DNA of 64,000 nt from NCBI GenBank assembly GCA_040768745.1, contig JAXGMI010000001.1, positions 1,184,001 through 1,248,000 on the forward strand, given 5' to 3'. Every line of letters starts with the position of its first letter. Within the stretch, counting starts at the first letter, position 1. The notes beneath the pieces are model-generated. The model was not told the DNA's origin. It did no database searches and saw only the letters and a list, made by a program, of their open reading frames with translations. This DNA comes from Desulfomicrobium sp. (GTDB lineage: Bacteria; Desulfobacterota; Desulfovibrionia; Desulfovibrionales; Desulfomicrobiaceae). Positions 29,769 through 37,857 of this stretch are shown piece after piece. The translations under genes were made by a program, and so were the position numbers.

Positions 29769-30977
29769 TCAGAAACTGGTGATACCCTCAACATCTCGGG
29801 TTGTCTGCCAGAACCACGGAATAGCCGCGACCAGCAGCAGGGACATCAGGAAAAAACCCCACCCGTAGCCCAGTGCCCCGACCAGCAGCCCTCCGAGGAT
29901 GGGGCCCGAGGCGTGCCCGACATCGAAGATGGTTCCGAACACGCCCATGGCCGTGCCGTAGTGGCGGGCTTTGCACAGGTCCGCGACCATGGCCGCCGAG
30001 GACGAGGTGACCAGGGCCTCGCCGAAGCCAAAGAGCAGGCAGGCCGGGACCAGGGCCCAGAATCCCATGAGGTGCGGGACAAGGGCGAAGGGCAGGGCGC
30101 AGGAGAGAAGGCCAGCCACGATCAACGGACGCCTGCCGTAGCGGTCCGAAACCCTGCCCATGACCGGCTTGGCCAGCATGGTCACGACCACCTGCACGGC
30201 CCACAAAAGGCCCGCCTCGAAGGCCGAGAGCCCGGCCACCGTCACCGCGTAGATCGGCAGAAACGCCTCCAGCGCGCCCATGGTCATGTTCTGCACGCCC
30301 TCCATGGCCGAGGCGGCGACCACGCGCCTGTCGCCGCCCACTTCCCTGATCCCCGACACGAATTGCTCCATGCGGGAGGCGAAGCCGACGCCGGATGGGG
30401 CTTCGTCCTTGAGCAGAACCTTGAATCCGAGGAGCAGTGATGCCAGCCCCGTTACGGCCACGATGGCGTACACGGTGCGGAAGGTCGCGTCCGTGGCCCC
30501 GTCGGCTCCGCCCATGAGGGAGACGATGAGTCCGCCCACGGGCGCCCCGGCCAGGGTGCCGATGATGGCCACGGATGAGAACCAGGACAGCATCTCACCC
30601 TTGCGCTCCCCGGCCACGTCGGCCACCACGGCCATGGCCACGGGCCCGTACACGGCCGTGGCGAAGCCGTGCAGGAAGCGCACGGCGACCAGCATTGGGT
30701 AACTGTCGATGAGGAAATAGGCGAAGGGGACGAAGGCGAAGAAGCACAGGCCGGCCAGCATGGTCCGCCTGCGTCCGATGACGTCCGACAGCGCACCGGC
30801 CGGGAGTTTGAAGAAGATGCCTGTCACAGTTGATATGCCGACGGCCAACCCGATGGCTTCGGGGCCCGCGCCGAGGTACATGGCGAAGAGGGGCAGCACC
30901 GGGTTGCGGGCCAGGGCGTAGGAGAAGCGGGCCAGGAATCCCACGGAGCACAGAGCGCTGATCAGGTTTCGGTTCAT
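29769..30977 (-). CDS. MFS transporter
   Basis: MFS motif A twice (GALSDVIGRR, GRVSDRYGRR), about 12 TM; start at MNRNL. Confidence 0.9.
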   Translation of the reverse strand: MNRNLISALCSVGFLARFSYALARNPVLPLFAMYLGAGPEAIGLAVGISTVTGIFFKLPAGALSDVIGRRRTMLAGLCFFAFVPFAYFLIDSYPMLVAVRFLHGFATAVYGPVAMAVVADVAGERKGEMLSWFSSVAIIGTLAGAPVGGLIVSLMGGADGATDATFRTVYAIVAVTGLASLLLGFKVLLKDEAPSGVGFASRMEQFVSGIREVGGDRRVVAASAMEGVQNMTMGALEAFLPIYAVTVAGLSAFEAGLLWAVQVVVTMLAKPVMGRVSDRYGRRPLIVAGLLSCALPFALVPHLMGFWALVPACLLFGFGEALVTSSSAAMVADLCKARHYGTAMGVFGTIFDVGHASGPILGGLLVGALGYGWGFFLMSLLLVAAIPWFWQTTRDVEGITSF

Positions 30978-31098
30978 GGCGTATTTCTTTTCGGGCGGTC
31001 GTAAGAATGTTTTCCAAGGCTCGGTTCGCATCCGGGAACGGCGCGGGAAGCGATGGTTGTTTGTTGCAATTGAAATATTTTCATTCGTGTTAAAAAGT

Positions 31099-31137
31099 CA
31101 ATTGCCATTTTCAAAATACTTATATATATGGCAGTTG
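31099..31137 (+). promoter_or_regulatory. Inverted-repeat operator overlapping the chr promoter
   Basis: CAATTGCCAT-N19-ATGGCAGTTG (9/10 match) containing TTGCCA-N17-TATATG in an AT-rich spacer. Confidence 0.5.
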
Positions 31138-31242
31138 CTAGATAGGATAATTTGATCGGGCGGGTTGCCCCGTCGAACCGATGGAAGGAACTTTCGTCTG
31201 ATGCCGTTTCGGCGCGAAATCATGATTCAGGAGGAATCTCGC

Positions 31243-31560
31243 ATGGCAAATACGCTTACGCCTCGGGAATTGAAGACGCTCATTGCAGCGTCCGACGTCA
31301 CGTTGCTCGATGTCCGTCGCAGGAGCGATCGCGAGTCCGGCCCTGCCGGCATCCCCGGGGCCGTCTGGAAGGACCCGGAGCATGTCGAGGCATGGTCTTC
31401 GGAACTGCCGAAAGACAGGCCGGTGGTCATCTACTGCGTGCGCGGCGGTTCCGTCAGCGCATCGGTGCAGGCCGCGCTGAAGGCAAGGGATTTCGAGGTC
31501 AGGTTCGTGGAAGGCGGGCTGGCCGCCTGGGAAACCCAAGGGTCGGGAGAAGGTGATTGA
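31243..31560 (+). CDS. Rhodanese-domain protein (ChrE-like)
   Basis: LLDVRR, IPGA, VIYCVRGG and VEGGLAAW motifs; AGGAGG RBS; first gene of the chr cluster. Confidence 0.85.
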   Translation: MANTLTPRELKTLIAASDVTLLDVRRRSDRESGPAGIPGAVWKDPEHVEAWSSELPKDRPVVIYCVRGGSVSASVQAALKARDFEVRFVEGGLAAWETQGSGEGD

Positions 31561-31561
31561 G

Positions 31562-32563
31562 ATGGCCGAAGGCAATGACGTGAACTGGCTCCTGTGCATC
31601 CACAACATCCCGCCCAAGCCGGCCTACCTGCGGGCCAAGGCGGCGCGCAGGCTGGCGGCCCTGGGGGCCGTGGCGGTCAAGAACGCCGTCTACGTGCTGC
31701 CCCACGGCGAACGGCAGCGCGACGGGCTGGTCTGGCTGGCCAAGGAGATCGAGGAGGGCGGCGGGCGGGCCTACGTCTGCGGGGCGCGGTTCGACGTGTC
31801 CGGCGGCGGCATCGACGACACCCACATCAGGAGCCTCTTCGTGGACGCCCGCGACGCGGACTACCGCAGCCTCGGCGCGGAGTTTCAGCCCCTTTTCGAG
31901 ACCCTCGGCGACCCGCAGGGTGAAAACGCCCCGGACGCGGCCGAGGTCCAGGGCTGGGTCGGCCAGCTGCGCGCCCGCTACGACGCCGTGCTGGCCATAG
32001 ACTACTTCGGCGCGCCGGGCCGGGAGGTGGTCGAGGGCATCCTGGCCGGGGCAGGGCGCTGGCTGCGCATGAGGGCCCTGACCGGCGGGCCCGGCGACGA
32101 GGTCCTGGACCCTTCCCTGTACCGGGGGAGAACCTGGGTGACCCGGCCCAGCGTGCACGTGGACCGCATCGCCTCGGCCTGGCTCATCCGGCGCTTCATC
32201 GACCCGCAGGCGGCCTTCCGCTTCGACGCCAGGGTCCATGGCCCGGGGGACATCCGCTTCGACATGACCGAGGCCGAATTCACCCACGAGGGCAGCCAGT
32301 GCACCTTCGAGGTCATGGTCCGGCGCTTCGGGTTCGAGTCCGACCCGGCCCTGACGGTCCTGAGCCAGGTCATCCACGACATCGACCTTGACGAGTCCGC
32401 CCCGTCGCGCCCCGAGTCGGCCGGCGTGGCCGCCCTGCTGAACGGCATCTGCCTGTGCACGGACAGCGACCTCGAGCGCGTGGAACGGGGCGGAAGCCTC
32501 CTGGACGGGCTGTTCGAACACTTCGACCGGACCTGCGGCCGCGCGGGGCGGGAGGGCGCATGA
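31562..32563 (+). CDS. chrB: Chromate resistance regulator ChrB
   Basis: AIDYF, WVTRPSVHVDRIASAWLIRRFID, FTHEGSQCTFE and IHDID motifs. Confidence 0.9.
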   Translation: MAEGNDVNWLLCIHNIPPKPAYLRAKAARRLAALGAVAVKNAVYVLPHGERQRDGLVWLAKEIEEGGGRAYVCGARFDVSGGGIDDTHIRSLFVDARDADYRSLGAEFQPLFETLGDPQGENAPDAAEVQGWVGQLRARYDAVLAIDYFGAPGREVVEGILAGAGRWLRMRALTGGPGDEVLDPSLYRGRTWVTRPSVHVDRIASAWLIRRFIDPQAAFRFDARVHGPGDIRFDMTEAEFTHEGSQCTFEVMVRRFGFESDPALTVLSQVIHDIDLDESAPSRPESAGVAALLNGICLCTDSDLERVERGGSLLDGLFEHFDRTCGRAGREGA

Positions 32564-33894
32564 CGACAACGAACCGGTCGACCCTTGCCGAAGCATTTTG
32601 GACCTGGCTGCGCATCGGCTTGCTGAGTTTCGGCGGACCTGCCGGGCAGATCGCCATGATGCACAAGACGCTGGTCGAGGACAAAAAGTGGATCAGCAAC
32701 GAACGCTTCCTGCACGCCCTCAACTACTGCCATTTCCTGCCGGGGCCCGAGGCCCAGCAACTGGCGACGTACGTCGGCTGGCTCAAGCACCGGACGCTGG
32801 GCGGGCTCATGGCCGGCGGCCTTTTCGTGCTGCCGGGGTTTTTCGTCATCCTGGTGCTGAGCGCCCTGTATGCCGCCTACCGTGAAGTGCCGGCGGTTGA
32901 CGCCCTGTTTTACGGTCTCAAACCAGCCGTGCTGGCCATTGTCGTCGGGGCCGTGCTGCGCATGGGGTCCAAGACGTTGAAATCCGGATTCGCCTTGGCT
33001 TTGGCCGCGGTCGCCTTCATGGCCTTGTTCGCGTTTGCCGTGCCGTTCCCCGTGGTGGTCTTCGGTGCGGCCCTGATCGGTTGGGTCCGGTCACGCGGGC
33101 CAGTGGATCAGGCCTGCACCGTTGCCTGCGGGGACGAGGAGGAGGTGCCCGAGCACGCCAAGCCAAGTGCCGCGCGCTCCCTCCGGGTCCTGGTCACCTG
33201 GATTCCCCTGTGGCTCGGTCCGGTGCTGCTCACGGGACTCCTGCTTGGCTGGGACAACGTCTATGCCCGGTTGGCCGTGTTCTTCAGCAAGATGGCCGTG
33301 GTCACCTTCGGCGGGGCCTACGCCGTGCTGAGCTACGTGACCCAGCAGGCGGTGGAGCACTACGCCTGGCTGACCCCGGCGGACATGATCAGCGGGCTGG
33401 CCTTGGCCGAGACCACGCCCGGTCCCCTCATCCTGGTTCTTGAGTACGTCGGCTTCATGGCCGCCTATGCCAGCCCCGGAGCGCTGCATCCCTTCGTCGC
33501 CGGAGCCCTGGGCGCTACCCTGACGGTCTGGGTGACCTTTGCGCCCTGCTTCCTGTGGATCTTTCTCGGCGCGCCCTACATGGAGGCCGTGCGGGCCAAC
33601 CGCAGCCTCTCCGCCGCCCTGTCCGGCGTGACGGCGGCGGTGGTCGGGGTCATCCTGAATCTGTCGGTCTGGTTCGGGCTGCACACGCTCTTCGGCCAGG
33701 TGGGCTCGTGGCATGGCCCCCTGGGGCTGCGCCTGCCGGTTCCCGTCCTGTCCAGCCTGGATTTCTGGGCCCTGGCCCTGGCGGTGGCCGCGACCCTGGC
33801 CATGACCCGCTTCAAGCTCGGCATGGGCGCGACCCTGGCCGGGTGCGCCGGCCTGGGCTGGGCGGTGCGCATGGCGACGCAATCGATCATGTAA
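32560..33894 (+). CDS. chrA: Chromate efflux transporter ChrA
   Basis: SFGGPAGQIA, LPGPEAQQLA, TFGGAYAVL and ETTPGP motifs; ATGA overlap with chrB. Confidence 0.95.
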   Translation: MTTTNRSTLAEAFWTWLRIGLLSFGGPAGQIAMMHKTLVEDKKWISNERFLHALNYCHFLPGPEAQQLATYVGWLKHRTLGGLMAGGLFVLPGFFVILVLSALYAAYREVPAVDALFYGLKPAVLAIVVGAVLRMGSKTLKSGFALALAAVAFMALFAFAVPFPVVVFGAALIGWVRSRGPVDQACTVACGDEEEVPEHAKPSAARSLRVLVTWIPLWLGPVLLTGLLLGWDNVYARLAVFFSKMAVVTFGGAYAVLSYVTQQAVEHYAWLTPADMISGLALAETTPGPLILVLEYVGFMAAYASPGALHPFVAGALGATLTVWVTFAPCFLWIFLGAPYMEAVRANRSLSAALSGVTAAVVGVILNLSVWFGLHTLFGQVGSWHGPLGLRLPVPVLSSLDFWALALAVAATLAMTRFKLGMGATLAGCAGLGWAVRMATQSIM

Positions 33895-33903
33895 GGAGAT
33901 AAA

Positions 33904-34158
33904 GTGGAATATCTTGTCATCTGTCTGTCCAGCCTGGCCGTTTCCGGGCTGACCCTCTTTTCGGGCTTTGGCCTGGGCACTGTGCTGACCCCGGTCATGG
34001 CCCTCTTCTTTCCCATCGAGACGGCCGTGGCCGCCACCGCGGTGGTGCATTTCGCAGTAAAGGCCATTGCACGGAGTATGCTGGACGTCACCGTGCCGGT
34101 CTTCCCCATCTGCAGACCGGGCGTTTGGTGCTCCGGGGGGAACCTGCTCGGAAGATGA
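33904..34158 (+). pseudogene. Truncated TSUP (TauE/SafE) exporter
   Basis: AAGGAG RBS; LTLFSGFGLGTVLTPV...AVAATAVVHF TSUP N-terminus, similarity lost after about 50 codons. Confidence 0.65.
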
Positions 34159-34188
34159 GCCGATCAGACTGAAAAAAGGCGATTTCGG

Positions 34189-34509
34189 CTAAAAATTGAT
34201 GATCCTGTCTGCCAGTTTGACCTGCTCATAAAGGAACTTCATGTTCGACAGCCTGACATGTTCGCTCGCGTCCACACCGTGGACGCCCAGGCATTTACCT
34301 CAGGCGGCGAGGACCCCGTCACTCAAGGCGAAGAGTTTGGCCTGCTCTGCCAAGGGGAAGGCCTCGCTGTCACCCGCATACAGATCGACCGCCGGACCAT
34401 TCAGGAAGAGGGTGACGTCCTCGCCTTCGGCCAGCAAAAAGTTGCCGAACCTGACTGCGTTCCATTTTATTTCCGGATCGTTGCTCGAAAGAATGAGAAG
34501 TATCTGCAT
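34189..34509 (-). CDS. DsrE-family selenoprotein (UxxC; Sec codon TGA at 34300-34302)
   Basis: DsrE-like N-terminus; reading through TGA gives AA-U-GKC plus a DsrE-like end (ADRIINF) to TAG at 34189; SECIS-like hairpin follows the TGA. Confidence 0.85.
34268..34286 (-). promoter_or_regulatory. Bacterial SECIS-like hairpin
   Basis: GCGTCCAC-GGT-GTGGACGC; loop starts with G, 21 nt after the UGA. Confidence 0.75.
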
Positions 34510-34672
34510 TGTCACTCCGCGAGAATGTTGAGTTCAGAAATAGATTATGGATTCTTCAGTGTAAAGGTCTGCGTGCGGCGGCTTCTCTATTGAGGACAGT
34601 AGGGATGTGCGGATGAAGCAACGCCCCTTCGGGACTGGACCGGGCTGGCCCGCGCCCAGTACAGGATTGCCC

Positions 34673-35431
34673 ATGGAAAAAGACGCCCTCGACTGCATCG
34701 GATACTGCCGGGATTGCGGGCAGGAGCACTGCCTGCCCGCCGCCCCGGCTCTGGACGCGGCGCGGGAACTCCTGGCCGACATGGAGAGGCACAGAAGCAT
34801 TGGCCTGGGTATGGATGACGACCCGCGCTTGCATCTGGGCTATCTGTCCGGCCCGGCCCGGGGCCAGATGTTCGGGGTGCTGCTCGCCCGCGACGATTCC
34901 GGGCGGGAACACGTGCTGAAGGCTTTTTCCGGTCAGTACAACGGGGTCTGGGAGGTGCCGGGCTGGGTTCCTCCGATTCTCGATCCGGCCGCATTCGAAC
35001 GGGTCATCCAAAGCGATGAGCCGCGCATCAAGGCCCTGACCCGCGAGATAGACCTTCTCGCTTCCACTGCTCCGGTCCGTGTTCGTTTGATGGCGGAGCG
35101 ACGGCAACTCTCCCAAGGCCTCATGGCCCGCATCTTCGATCTCTACTGGCTGACCAATTTACGGGGCCAGACCCGTTCCCTGGCCGAGATCTTCCTCGGT
35201 TCGGGCATGCCCACGGGCACGGGCGAATGCTGCGCGCCCAAGCTCCTGCATTTTGCGGCCACCCATGGGCTCATACCCGTGGGGCTGGCCGAATTCTACG
35301 TGGGCCGCGAGAACCGCTCCGGCACCCGCAGCCACGGCGAGTTTTATGCCCCATGCGCGGAAAAGTGCCGGCCGATTTTAGGATTTCTGCTTTGCGGCAG
35401 GGATCGTCACGGCGAAGACACATCGCGGTGA
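34673..35431 (+). CDS. Stand-alone homologue of the N-terminal (deaminase-like) domain of long RluA/TrcP-type enzymes
   Basis: GQMFGVL, AFSG, WVPP, GTGECCAPKLL, LAEFY and FYAPCAEKCRPILG motifs; no pseudouridine synthase domain; alternative start 34607. Confidence 0.7.
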   Translation: MEKDALDCIGYCRDCGQEHCLPAAPALDAARELLADMERHRSIGLGMDDDPRLHLGYLSGPARGQMFGVLLARDDSGREHVLKAFSGQYNGVWEVPGWVPPILDPAAFERVIQSDEPRIKALTREIDLLASTAPVRVRLMAERRQLSQGLMARIFDLYWLTNLRGQTRSLAEIFLGSGMPTGTGECCAPKLLHFAATHGLIPVGLAEFYVGRENRSGTRSHGEFYAPCAEKCRPILGFLLCGRDRHGEDTSR

Positions 35432-35543
35432 CGGATTGTGTCTGGCACAAAATGCGGGTTTGAAGGCCTTCGGAGGCGACACGGCTGTTTAACTGGGTTC
35501 TCTGATCCTTGCCACCCTGTCGGTCTTGCGGCAAGCCTTCCCC

Positions 35544-36920
35544 ATGCCAGTCACAACCACCAGGACCATCTACCGGCGCATCCTGAAGGTTTCCATGCCG
35601 CTGGTGGCCAGTCTGGCGGCGACCACGGTCATGGAGTTCACGGACCGCCTGTTTCTGGCCCGCTATTCCCTGGACGCCATTGCCGCCGCCACGCCGGCCG
35701 GAATCATGGCCCTGCTGGCCATGACCATCTTTGTCGGCACGGCCGGGTATGTGGCGGTTTTCGTCGCCCAGTACAAGGGACAGGGGCGCTACGACCTGAT
35801 TGGCCGCATCGTCTGGCAGGGCGTCTATGTCGCGGCTTTGGGCGCCGTGGTTCTGGGGGCGCTGGCCCTGCGTGCCGAGGATATCTTCCGCTGGGGCGGG
35901 CATCCGGAGGTCTTGCGGGATCTGGAGGCGACCTATTTCCGCGTGCTGTGCTGGGGCGCCGGCATCCACCTGCTTGGCGCGGCCCTGGGCGGATTCTTCA
36001 CCGGCCTGGGCCGTACGCGCGTGGTCATGCTGGCCAACGTGACCGGAATGGTCGTGAACATTCCCCTGGACTACTGCCTGATCAACGGCGTCGGTCCATT
36101 TCCGCAGTGGGGCATTTTCGGGGCAGGCTTGGCCACGGCCATGAGCTGGGGGGTAATCACGCTCATCCTGGGTCTGGCCATGCTCCGGCCGGAACACGCC
36201 GGATTTCGCTTCCGCTCGGACTGGGGCTTCCGTTTCCGGCTCTGGCTACGCCTGCTGCGTTACGGTCTGCCCAGCGGCATGGAATTCTTTCTCGACATCC
36301 TCGGTTTCACGGTCTTCGTTTTCGTGGTCGGCCGTCTGGGCACCCTGGAACTGGCCGCGACCAATATCGCCCTCAATGTCAACGCCCTGGCCTTCATGCC
36401 CCTGGTTGGCTTTTCCATGGGCACCAGCACCCTGGTCGGCCAGGCCATGGGCGCGGGCCGTCCGGACGAGGTGCCCATGGTCGTGCGCGCCAGCCTGATC
36501 CTGACCTTTGCCTATCTGGGCGCGCTGTCGGCGATCTTCCTTCTGGCGCCCGGTCCCGTACTGTACCTGTTCCAGCCGCGTGACATGGACCCGGCTGCCT
36601 TTGCTGCCGTGGCCGAGATGGGCCGGGTCCTGCTCATGATCGTGGTCGCCTACCTCTTTTTCGACGGGGTCAGCTTCATCGTCTACGCCGCCCTGAAAGG
36701 GGCCGGGGACACCATGTTTGTCATGGTCTCGCGTCTCGGGCTGGTGCTGGCGGTCATGGTCGGACCACTGGTCCTCGGGGTGTGGCTGGGTCTGGGCCTG
36801 TATTATTTCTGGGGCGTGAGCTGCACCTTTCTGGTGCTCTTGTCCGTGGTCGGCTGGTGGCGCTACAGGCAGGGCAAGTGGCGGAACATGCTGGTGGTCG
36901 AGTGGACGCGACCCCAGTAA
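35544..36920 (+). CDS. MATE family efflux transporter
   Basis: FTDRLFLA, VAQYKG, NIPLDYCLING, GAGLAT and ALKGAGDT motifs; about 12 TM. Confidence 0.92.
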   Translation: MPVTTTRTIYRRILKVSMPLVASLAATTVMEFTDRLFLARYSLDAIAAATPAGIMALLAMTIFVGTAGYVAVFVAQYKGQGRYDLIGRIVWQGVYVAALGAVVLGALALRAEDIFRWGGHPEVLRDLEATYFRVLCWGAGIHLLGAALGGFFTGLGRTRVVMLANVTGMVVNIPLDYCLINGVGPFPQWGIFGAGLATAMSWGVITLILGLAMLRPEHAGFRFRSDWGFRFRLWLRLLRYGLPSGMEFFLDILGFTVFVFVVGRLGTLELAATNIALNVNALAFMPLVGFSMGTSTLVGQAMGAGRPDEVPMVVRASLILTFAYLGALSAIFLLAPGPVLYLFQPRDMDPAAFAAVAEMGRVLLMIVVAYLFFDGVSFIVYAALKGAGDTMFVMVSRLGLVLAVMVGPLVLGVWLGLGLYYFWGVSCTFLVLLSVVGWWRYRQGKWRNMLVVEWTRPQ

Positions 36921-37065
36921 GTCCAGAAGGCATGGAAAGATTCTGACGGGATGGAAAAACAAAGGGTGACGGGGATGACGGACGGGACCTGAAGGGACCG
37001 CCTCATTCCTGTGACACAGGCATGGCGCGTGAGAGCAGAGTGCCTGGATTGGCTCGGTGGAGGAT

Positions 37066-37115
37066 GTTACAGGAAATTCATGACACTGTCACAATGCTGT
37101 CACACGATTCCCATA
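37066..37115 (+). promoter_or_regulatory. Pho boxes upstream of phoB
   Basis: GTTACA, TTCATG, GTCACA, GTCACA, CCCATA at 37066, 37077, 37088, 37099 and 37110 (11-bp period). Confidence 0.8.
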
Positions 37116-37161
37116 TGAAAGGACGGTAAAGAAAAAGTCCTGCCGTTAGGAAGGGGGAGGC

Positions 37162-37857
37162 ATGGCCCAGAAGATAGTGGTCGTCGAGGACGAGCCTGAC
37201 ATCGCCAACCTGTTGGCGTTCCATCTGAAGTCCAACGGGTATGACTGTTTTGTCGTCCGCGATGGGAAAAAGGGGCTGCAATTGGCCCAGACCGAACGGC
37301 CGGATCTGGTTTTACTGGACCTCATGCTGCCGGGCATGAGCGGGGTCGATGTCTGCAAGGCGTTGAAAGGCGCTGCCGAAACGTCGCACATTCCTATTGT
37401 CATGCTGACAGCCAGAGGAGATGAAGTGGACCGGATTCTCGGTTTTGAACTCGGGGTCGACGATTACGTGGTCAAGCCATTCAGTCCGCGGGAACTGATG
37501 CTGCGGATCAAGACAGTGCTGCGTCGTAACGCGAACATCCAGCCCAAGGTCGCTCATTGGCAGCGAGAGGGCCTGGTGGCAGATTTCGAGGCCTATGCCT
37601 TGCTGGTGGACGGCGAAGATGCGCATCTGACCCCTACGGAATTCAATCTGCTGGGAGAGTTCATCCGCAACGAGGGCAAGGTTCTGTCCCGCGAGCAGCT
37701 GCTGAGCAATGCCTGGGGCTATGAATTCGAAGGCTACTCGCGCACCGTGGATACCCATGTCCGCCGCCTGCGCAAGAAACTCGGGCCCTATGCCGACTGG
37801 CTGGAGACGGTCCGCGGCATCGGGTACCGCATGAAACGTGAAAATCAGGCGGATTGA
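37162..37857 (+). CDS. phoB: OmpR-family response regulator PhoB
   Basis: VVEDE, LLDLMLP, KPFSPREL, RTVDTHVRRLRKKL and ETVRGIGY motifs; precedes phoR-pstB-phoU. Confidence 0.9.
   Translation: MAQKIVVVEDEPDIANLLAFHLKSNGYDCFVVRDGKKGLQLAQTERPDLVLLDLMLPGMSGVDVCKALKGAAETSHIPIVMLTARGDEVDRILGFELGVDDYVVKPFSPRELMLRIKTVLRRNANIQPKVAHWQREGLVADFEAYALLVDGEDAHLTPTEFNLLGEFIRNEGKVLSREQLLSNAWGYEFEGYSRTVDTHVRRLRKKLGPYADWLETVRGIGYRMKRENQAD

Noticed and set aside
31069..31085. Fur-box-like TTGAAATATTTTCAT
   Set aside because: Half-site spacing is shorter than the 7-1-7 Fur pattern; region is simply AT-rich
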